From the NCBI GenBank assembly GCA_029266415.1, contig JAQSWW010000007.1:1035-65034 (forward strand): 64,000 nt of DNA, in the 5' to 3' direction. The translations under genes and the position numbers were made by a program. Shown here in pieces: positions 9,631 through 16,413 of this stretch (position 1 is its first letter; each line of letters begins with the position of its first letter). The DNA is from Actinomycetospora sp. (GTDB lineage Bacteria; Actinomycetota; Actinomycetes; Mycobacteriales; Pseudonocardiaceae). The notes under the pieces are model-generated. The model did no database searches, had not been told where the DNA came from, and saw only the letters and a program-made list of their open reading frames with translations.

Positions 9631-11669
9631 GACGCCCTCGGCGCGGCGGGCGAGGGTGCGGTACGGCGCAGGTGCTCGCTCAGGTCGTCCACCCGCGCCC
9701 GGACCAGGCGGAGGGACTCGAGGTCCTTCTCGATGCGCTCCCGGGCGCCGGTGTCGGTCTTGCCCGCGGTCACCGCGGCCTGCGCGGCGGTCATCGCCGC
9801 CGCCGCCGCGCGCTGCAGCTCGGAGACCCGCTCGGACCACGCGCTGCGCAGCTCACGCTGCACGTGGCGGGTCGCGTCGCGGGAGTCCTTGCCGACCTGG
9901 TTGATGAACTCGTCGACGTACTTGCGCACGCCGGTCCTGGCCTCGGTGCGGCGCTTCTCGAGCGCCTTCTTGCGCTCCTCCCGGATGCCGGCGGCGCCGA
10001 GGACGCCGCCGAGCACCAGGCCCGCCGCCATCGGGATCCCGAGACCGGCCATGTTGGAGATCATCGTCAGCATGACGATACCGCCGAACGCCTTCTGGAG
10101 GATCGGCATCTTGACCACCTGGCGCAGCCCCGACGGGGCGAACTGGACGTCCAGGGCCAGGCGCGCCATGACGTCGACGGGGGCGTTCACCGACCGGGCG
10201 GTGATGCGGGCCTCGGCCATGTCGAGGTGCTGCTCCACGGCGATCGCCACGTCCTTGGCCCGGCGGACGAACAGGGCGTAGTTCTCCATGGCCTCCGCGG
10301 CGAGGCGTCGGCGCAGCCAGTCCGAGAACTCCTCCCAGTTCTTGGCCGGGTCGCCGGCGTCGATGGCGTCCTCGGCCTCCTTCTGCACGGCACGCGCCCG
10401 GGAGCGGAGGTCGAACTCCGAGTCCGCGGAGATGTCGGCGAAGCCGTCGTTGAGGACCATCTGCCACTTCGCGCCCTTGTCGCGCAGCGCCTCGGCACGC
10501 TCCTTGGCCGCCGCCAGCTCCGCCACCAGCGCCTCGTGGCGGGCCGGGTGCACGAGGGCGTCCCGGCGGGCCCGCGCCGCCGACTCCAGCTGCCCGAGCG
10601 CCGAGGTCACCTGGATCATCACCGACCGGAGCGCGATGTGCGCGGCCTCCTCCCGCACCCGCTCGAGGCGGGCGAGCAGCTCCGGGGCGCCGGACTCGGC
10701 GCGGAGCTCCTCGTCGCCCTCGGCCGCGGCGACGCGGCTGAGCTCCGAGGAGAAGCCGTGGATCTCGATCCTGACCCCGGCGCGGTGCAGGTGGGCCTGG
10801 TTGCGCTCGAGGATCCGGGGCCAGTGCGGCGTCAGGTCGGTCTTGGTCAGCACCATGATCACCGTGGGGCAGAGCTCGACGACCGCGTGGAGGAAGCGGA
10901 CCTCGGCGTCGGTGAGCTCGCGCGAGGCGTCGCTGACGAACAGGCAGGCGTGCGAGCGGGGCAGGTCCGCCACCGCGCTCTGGTGCGCCGCGCCCAGACC
11001 GCCGACGCCGGGCGTGTCGACCAGGACCAGACCGCCGGCGAGCAGGGGGCGGTCGATCCCCACCGACACGGAGACCAGCCGGCGGGTGTTGCCCGGGTTG
11101 CCGGACTCCGACGCGTAGGCCGCCACCTCGGCCGGCGTGATCTTCTCGGTCCAGCCGGCGCCCTGGGAACCCGGCAGCGCCTCGAAGTGGGCGCTCGCCG
11201 AGAGGGCCGCCGCGTGCCGGACCTCCGTGGGGACGGCCGTCGCGATGTCGTCGTCGACCGGGCAGACGTCGGCCTCGACCAGCGCGTTGACCAGCGAGCT
11301 CTTGCCCTGCTTGAACTCGCCGACGACCGGGATGCGGACCGCGTTGTCGGTCAGCAGCTTCTTCGCCGTCCGCAGCCGGCGGACGAGGTCGTCGCGCTCG
11401 TAGGCGGTGGCCGCCTTGATGGCCATGTCGACGGTGTCCGAGGCGTGCTTGGCCGCCGCGCTCGGCGCCTTGCTCGCCGGGGCGGACGACTTCGCGGGAG
11501 CCTTCTCGGCGGGCTTCGGGGTGGGCGTCGGCGCCGCGGGGGCCGGCGTGCCGGCCTTCTGCTGGGCGGCCGCCCGCCGCGCGGCGGCGCGCTGGGCGAC
11601 CCGCTCGCGCTCGGCCGCCGCGGCGCGCGCCCGGTCGTCCGTCGCGTCCGCGGTGGGCCCGGCGCTCAT
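9627..11669 (-). CDS. Bacterial dynamin-like GTPase, IniA-like
   Basis: G1 VGEFKQGKSSLVNAL, DDDIATAVPT, G3 DTPG, G4 TKTD, coiled-coil stalk, hydrophobic membrane segment AFGGIVMLTM...LVLGGVLGAAGI. Confidence 0.87.
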   Translation of the reverse strand: MSAGPTADATDDRARAAAAERERVAQRAAARRAAAQQKAGTPAPAAPTPTPKPAEKAPAKSSAPASKAPSAAAKHASDTVDMAIKAATAYERDDLVRRLRTAKKLLTDNAVRIPVVGEFKQGKSSLVNALVEADVCPVDDDIATAVPTEVRHAAALSASAHFEALPGSQGAGWTEKITPAEVAAYASESGNPGNTRRLVSVSVGIDRPLLAGGLVLVDTPGVGGLGAAHQSAVADLPRSHACLFVSDASRELTDAEVRFLHAVVELCPTVIMVLTKTDLTPHWPRILERNQAHLHRAGVRIEIHGFSSELSRVAAAEGDEELRAESGAPELLARLERVREEAAHIALRSVMIQVTSALGQLESAARARRDALVHPARHEALVAELAAAKERAEALRDKGAKWQMVLNDGFADISADSEFDLRSRARAVQKEAEDAIDAGDPAKNWEEFSDWLRRRLAAEAMENYALFVRRAKDVAIAVEQHLDMAEARITARSVNAPVDVMARLALDVQFAPSGLRQVVKMPILQKAFGGIVMLTMISNMAGLGIPMAAGLVLGGVLGAAGIREERKKALEKRRTEARTGVRKYVDEFINQVGKDSRDATRHVQRELRSAWSERVSELQRAAAAAMTAAQAAVTAGKTDTGARERIEKDLESLRLVRARVDDLSEHLRRTAPSPAAPRAS

Positions 11670-11914
11670 CGTTCCGCCCCGTCGAGGTGCTCGGCCTCCG
11701 GCCGGAAGATCGACCGGTGGGCGCGCGGCGTCGGCCGCACGCCCTGGGGGCCGTCGGCGGGCACGGGGACGGGCTCGGCCGGCGCGGACGCGCGGGGGAG
11801 CTCGTCGCCCCGCACGGACGCGTCGGACAGCTCGGGTTCGGGCGGGTCGACGCGGAAGATCGACCGCCGTCGGGGGTGCGGGGGCGGTGTGCCCTCGGCT
11901 CCGGTGCGGGTCAC
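11666..11914 (-). CDS. Small Pro-rich hypothetical protein (82 aa) with two RSIFR motifs
   Basis: RBS GAGGAGG 4 nt before GTG at 11914; stop overlaps the dynamin ATG (ATGA). Confidence 0.55.
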   Translation of the reverse strand: MTRTGAEGTPPPHPRRRSIFRVDPPEPELSDASVRGDELPRASAPAEPVPVPADGPQGVRPTPRAHRSIFRPEAEHLDGAER

Positions 11915-11952
11915 CGGTCCTCCTCGCAGCAGGGGTGACGGGAGCAGTCGGA

Positions 11953-11985
11953 TGGCCCCGGCCGGGTGGAGTCCGGCCGGGGCCA
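11953..11985 (-). terminator. 13-bp perfect-stem hairpin after the acidic repeat gene (terminator, attenuator or mRNA stabiliser)
   Basis: tggccccggccgg-7 nt-ccggccggggcca, about 20 nt downstream of the stop at 12006. Confidence 0.6.
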
Positions 11986-12005
11986 GTCGCGTGCGGGGCG
12001 GGCGA

Positions 12006-13280
12006 TCAGCTCGCGCCCACGAGACCGCCGTCGTCGGCGGACTCGCTGCTGCCGCCGTCGTCGCCGCCGGAGCCGCTGTCCGAGCCGCTGTCCGAGCCGC
12101 TGTCCGAGCCGCCGTCGTAGCCGCCCTCGTAGCCGCCGCCCGACCCCGACCCCGAGCCCGACGACGCGGCCTCGTATTCGGGCTCCGGCGCCGAGGTGCT
12201 GGCGAACCCGCCGTCGTCCGACCCCGCCGACGTGTCCTCCGGGCCGCCGTCGCCCTCCTCGTCCGCCGGCGCGTTGCCGCCGGTGAAGGAGACCTCCTGG
12301 AGCTCCGGGGCCTCGCCCTCCTCGACCGGGGCCTCCTCGACGGGGGCCTCCTCGATCGGGGCCTCCCCGACAGGGGCCTCCTCGATCGGGGCCTCCCCGA
12401 CAGGGGCCTCCTCGATCGGGGCCTCCTCGATCTGGCCACCCTCGACAGGGGCCTCCTCGCCCGTGGGCGTGGCCGGCTCGGTCTCCTCGCCCACCGGGGT
12501 GGTCGGCTCGGTCTCCTCGCCGGTCGGCGTGGCCGGCTCGGTCTCCTCACCCGTCGGCGTCTCCTCCGGGGTCTCCGTCGTCTCCGGGTGCGTCTGGCTC
12601 TCCGGCGGCATGGTCGGCTCGGGCGTGTGCTCGGGCCAGCCCTCGGGCCGCTCGCCCAGCTCCTCGGGCCACCAGCACCCGTTCGGGTCGGGGGTGCCCT
12701 CGGGATTCATGATCGGGTGGTAGGCGCCCGGGTTGTGGACGTCGTTCCAGCCGTTCGGGCAGTACACCGGGTGCCAGCAGTAGGGCTGGTAGACCGGGTT
12801 CCAGCAGTGCGGCTGCGCGGTCGGGTGGAAGCAGTAGGGCTGGTCCTCCGGGTGGTAGCCGTAGGCGTTCTCGTCCGGGTGGTAGCAGTGCGGGCTGACC
12901 TCGGGGTTGTAGCCCCACTCGTTGTGGTTCGGCTCGTAGCAGTGCGGGTTCTCGGTGGGGTGCCAGCAGTACTGGGGCGACCACCAGTCGGGGAGACCGT
13001 GCTCGTGGCAGAAGTCGATGAGGACCTGGCAGTCGGGCGGGCAGGCCTGCTGGTGCGCCGGGCAGTGGTAGCTCTGCGCCAGCTCCCACTGCTCCTCGGG
13101 GCTGGGGATCTCCTCCTCGGCCGGCTCGGTGACCTCGCCCTCCGGCGGGGGGGTCTCCTCGGTCTCCGGCGCCTCCTCCGTGACCTCGCTCTCCGGCGGG
13201 TTCTCGGGGGTGGTCTCCTCCGTCGTGATGGGGGTCTCGGTCCCGATGACCGGGGCGGTGCCCGGGATGGGGGTGCTCAT
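12006..13280 (-). CDS. Highly acidic low-complexity protein with central Cys/His/aromatic 9-aa repeat domain (occupies the IniB position)
   Basis: RBS GAAGGGA; GC-rich third codon positions; 12 Cys, 0 Lys, 1 Arg; ten [CGA][WYF][HNE]Pxx[NQS]P[HY]-type repeats. Confidence 0.8.
   Translation of the reverse strand: MSTPIPGTAPVIGTETPITTEETTPENPPESEVTEEAPETEETPPPEGEVTEPAEEEIPSPEEQWELAQSYHCPAHQQACPPDCQVLIDFCHEHGLPDWWSPQYCWHPTENPHCYEPNHNEWGYNPEVSPHCYHPDENAYGYHPEDQPYCFHPTAQPHCWNPVYQPYCWHPVYCPNGWNDVHNPGAYHPIMNPEGTPDPNGCWWPEELGERPEGWPEHTPEPTMPPESQTHPETTETPEETPTGEETEPATPTGEETEPTTPVGEETEPATPTGEEAPVEGGQIEEAPIEEAPVGEAPIEEAPVGEAPIEEAPVEEAPVEEGEAPELQEVSFTGGNAPADEEGDGGPEDTSAGSDDGGFASTSAPEPEYEAASSGSGSGSGGGYEGGYDGGSDSGSDSGSDSGSGGDDGGSSESADDGGLVGAS
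12070..12570. repeat. Coding tandem repeats: 12-bp (DSGS), 15/30-bp (EEAP[IV]) and 30-bp (TPTGEETEPA) units
   Basis: gagccgctgtcc x3; ggggcctcctcgatcggggcctccccgaca tandem; ggctcggtctcctc x3 at 30-bp spacing. Confidence 0.85.
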
Positions 13281-13496
13281 GTCGGTTCCCTTCGGCTCGG
13301 GTGCGGACCGGGGGTCCGACCGAGGTGCTCGTCGGTGGTGACATGAGCGTGGGGTCCGGCCGGGGGCCGGTCATGAGCACGCGGGTACTCGACTGCGGGC
13401 CCTGCCCGACCGGGGAGTACTCGGTCGTCGGGCCGGAACGGGGAGATCGCGGGGGATGCCCCCGCAGGAGGGGTGGGGAGAACCCCACCCGGCTCG

Positions 13497-14651
13497 TCAG
13501 CGGTGCCGGCGGAGCCCGCGCGGCGAGAGCTCGTCGTCGTCCCCGGGCGCCGGGAGGGCCCGCACGGGGTCGTCGTCCGCCGCCCGGACGGCCTCGTCGG
13601 CGTCGTCGAGCGCAGCCGACGGCGTCTCGCGGGCGTGGACGACGAACCACGCGACCCAGCCGGCGGCGGCGACGCCGACGAAGCTGACGAGGCGGTAGAG
13701 CAGGACCGCGGCGAGCGCGGGGTGCGAGGGCACGCCCCCGGCGACGAGCGCGGCGAGCAGCGCGCCGTCGACGAGGCCCAGGCCCCCGGGCAGGAACGCG
13801 GCACTCGAGGCGGCGGTGGCCGCGGCGTACGCGACGAGCACCAGCGCGAGCGTCATCCCCTCGGCGCCCACGGCGGCGCAGCAGGCGGCGAGGCAGGCGA
13901 TGTCGAGGACCCAGTTGGCCAGGGCCGCGGAGCCCACCACGGCGCGCCCGCGCCCGCGCAGCTCGATGAGCTGCAGGGCCGCGATCTGCTCGGCGAGCTC
14001 GGCGACGCCGGTGTCGAGGGCCCGCGACCGGACCCGGTTGATCAGCCGCAGCCCCCAGGTGCCCGCGGCGACGAGCAGCCCGGGCCGGCGGGCGACGAGC
14101 ACGACGCCCGCGCCCAGCGCCGCGACGCCGACGATCTGCAGGACCAGCCAGGGCAGCGACGTGGGCCACCCGCCCACGACCAGCGCGGAGCCGAAGGCGA
14201 TCGCGGCCAGCGCGAGGCTCGCCGCGACGCCGCCGGCCACCATCGTCCACGTGGTGGCGGGTGCGGTGGCGCCCCAGGCGCGGCGGCGCTTGTAGGTGTA
14301 GGCCGTGGACAGCGCGGCGCCGCCGGGCACCGTGAGGTGCAGGGCGTTGGCGGCGAGCGTCGCGAGCGTGACCTCGTGCAGCGACACCCGCACCGAGGCC
14401 GCCACCAGCAGCCGGTGGTGCAGCAGCGAGAAGGCGATCAGCGCGCCGGCCTCGCACCCGACGGCGACGGCGACCCACAGCAGGTCGGCGCCGAGCAGCG
14501 CGGCGCCGGCGGCCTGGACGGTGGGCAGCACGACGACGACGCCCGTGGTGACGGCCGCGGCCACGACGATCCCGGTCGCGATCCGCAGCAGGCGCCGGGT
14601 GCGCGGGGTGGCGCGGTTCGTGCCCGTCGACGTGGTCACGATCGCGCCCAT
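13497..14651 (-). CDS. YbhN / lysylphosphatidylglycerol synthase transmembrane-domain family protein
   Basis: Multiple TM segments; PGGLGLVDGAL and AAVLLYRLVSF motifs. Confidence 0.8.
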   Translation of the reverse strand: MGAIVTTSTGTNRATPRTRRLLRIATGIVVAAAVTTGVVVVLPTVQAAGAALLGADLLWVAVAVGCEAGALIAFSLLHHRLLVAASVRVSLHEVTLATLAANALHLTVPGGAALSTAYTYKRRRAWGATAPATTWTMVAGGVAASLALAAIAFGSALVVGGWPTSLPWLVLQIVGVAALGAGVVLVARRPGLLVAAGTWGLRLINRVRSRALDTGVAELAEQIAALQLIELRGRGRAVVGSAALANWVLDIACLAACCAAVGAEGMTLALVLVAYAAATAASSAAFLPGGLGLVDGALLAALVAGGVPSHPALAAVLLYRLVSFVGVAAAGWVAWFVVHARETPSAALDDADEAVRAADDDPVRALPAPGDDDELSPRGLRRHR

Positions 14652-14829
14652 CCCTCCATCGTCCTCCGACCCGGCAGATCACCTGCGGGTGACCGGTACG
14701 GCGTCACCACGCGTGGTGCGGCGCAGGGAACACCCGGACGGTCGCTGGACATGCTGCCCGACGGCGCGTGGGCGCTGACGGCGGGTACACGGTGGCCCGG
14801 GTGCCGCGGGTGCGGGCAGGATCGGCGTC

Positions 14830-15714
14830 GTGGTCGGGATCGTGGAGGTCAGCCCGCGCGACGGGCTGCAGAACGAGCGGGCGCTGCTGGAGACGGGCGC
14901 GAAGATCGAGCTGATCGAGCGGGCCACGGCGGCCGGCGCGCGGCGCATCGAGGCCGTGTCGTTCGTGCACCCGAAGCTCGTGCCGGCGATGGCGGACGCC
15001 GAGGCGGTGATGGAGGGCCTGGAACGGGCGTCGGGCGTGTCCTACATCGGGCTCGTGCTCAACCGCCGCGGCTACGACCGCGCGGTCGCCGCCGGCGTCG
15101 ACGAGGTCAACGTCGTCGTGCCCGCCTCGGACGGCTTCGCCAAGGCCAACCAGAACTCCACCACCGACGCGCTCACCGCGGTGGCCGAGGAGGTGCTGGC
15201 CGAGGCCGCGTCGCGCGACCTGTTCGCCTCGCTGACGATCGCGACGTCCTTCGGCTGCCCCTTCGACGGCGAGGTCGACCCCGAGCGCGTGGTCGAGGTG
15301 GCGCGACGCGGCGCGGCGGCGGGGGCGAAGGAGATCGCGATCGCCGACACGATCGGCGTCGGCGTGCCCACCCAGGTCCGGACGCTGCTCGACGAGGTGC
15401 GCGCGGTGGCCCCCGACGCGCTGATGCGCGCGCACTTCCACAACACCCGCAACACCGGCTTCGCCAACGCCGTCGCCGCTCTGGAGTGGGGCGTCGACTG
15501 GCTCGACTCGTCCAACGGCGGGATCGGCGGCTGCCCCTTCGCCCCCGCGGCCACGGGCAACATCGCCACCGAGGACCTCGTCTACCTGCTGCACCGCATG
15601 GGCCACCCGACGGGCCTGGACCTCGAGGCCCTGCTGCCGATCGCCGGCTTCCTCTCCGACGCCCTGGGCTACCGCGTCCCCGCGCTGCTCCCGCGGGCGG
15701 GCGCGTTCGGCTGA
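14830..15714 (+). CDS. Hydroxymethylglutaryl-CoA lyase
   Basis: EVSPRDGLQNE, ADTIG, HFHNTR, GGIGGCPFAPAATGNIATEDL. Confidence 0.9.
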   Translation: MVGIVEVSPRDGLQNERALLETGAKIELIERATAAGARRIEAVSFVHPKLVPAMADAEAVMEGLERASGVSYIGLVLNRRGYDRAVAAGVDEVNVVVPASDGFAKANQNSTTDALTAVAEEVLAEAASRDLFASLTIATSFGCPFDGEVDPERVVEVARRGAAAGAKEIAIADTIGVGVPTQVRTLLDEVRAVAPDALMRAHFHNTRNTGFANAVAALEWGVDWLDSSNGGIGGCPFAPAATGNIATEDLVYLLHRMGHPTGLDLEALLPIAGFLSDALGYRVPALLPRAGAFG

Positions 15715-15720
15715 CGCCTC

Positions 15721-15760
15721 GTGCGTGCTCGTCCGTGCCAGGGCACGGGCAAGCACGCAC
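15721..15760. repeat. REP-like palindrome / bidirectional terminator (copy 1)
   Basis: gtgcgtgct...tccgtgccagggcacgg...agcacgcac hairpin between convergent genes; similar copy at 50254. Confidence 0.55.
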
Positions 15761-15811
15761 ACCCGCCCCACCCCCGTGAGCACTGTCGTCCCCCACAGCG
15801 CACGAAGGTGC

Positions 15812-16294
15812 TCACGGGTGGGCAGCGCGCCGCTCGAGGAGCGGCGCCAGGCGGAACGGGACGAGCTGGCGCATGACGAGCGCGGTGGAGGTCCGCTCGA
15901 CGCCCGGGACGGCGAGCAGGCTGCCCGCGATCGTGTAGAGGGCGTCGGCGTCCCGGGCCACCACCTGGACCAGCAGGTCGTCGTCGCCCGCGAGCCCCAC
16001 GACCTCGACGACCTCCGGGATGCGCGCCAGCTCCGCGGTCACCTCGTCGAGCCGGCGCTGGTCGACGCGGGTGGTCACGTACGCCCGCAGCGGGTGGCCG
16101 AGCGCGGCCGGGTCGATCCGGCGGGCGGGGTCGCCGAGCACGCCGCGGCCCTCGAGCCGGGTCAGCCGTGCCTGGACGGTGTTGCGCGCGAGCCCCAGCC
16201 GCTCGGCGAGCGCGACGACCGTGGCGCGCGGCTCCTCGCCGAGAGCCTGGAGCAGCCGGGCGTCGATCGCGTCGACGGGTTCCATCCTGCTCAC
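15812..16294 (-). CDS. Lrp/AsnC family transcriptional regulator
   Basis: DAIDARLLQAL...LAERLGLARNTVQARLTRLE HTH; C-terminal RAM domain (LAGDDDLLVQV). Confidence 0.88.
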   Translation of the reverse strand: MSRMEPVDAIDARLLQALGEEPRATVVALAERLGLARNTVQARLTRLEGRGVLGDPARRIDPAALGHPLRAYVTTRVDQRRLDEVTAELARIPEVVEVVGLAGDDDLLVQVVARDADALYTIAGSLLAVPGVERTSTALVMRQLVPFRLAPLLERRAAHP

Positions 16295-16413
16295 TCCCCA
16301 CCGCCGTCGGCACCGCCGCGGCGAGCATAGTGCTCACCCGGCCACGCACCGCTTGCGCACGACGGGCCCGTGACGAAGGCTTCCCGGGTCAATGTGAGAC
16401 CCGGAGGCCACCG

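Noticed and set aside
12344-12570. 30-bp repeats as a CRISPR array
   Set aside because: Units are contiguous in-frame coding repeats without unique spacers, and there are no cas genes
12006-13280. Lead protein as a multi-core RiPP precursor
   Set aside because: No radical SAM, P450, YcaO, LanM, peptidase or exporter genes in the locus, and no leader or cleavage pattern
9351-13346. 1331-aa plus-strand ORF with LLDRG repeats
   Set aside because: Antisense mirror of the dynamin and EEAP-repeat genes, which have RBSs, motifs and operon coupling
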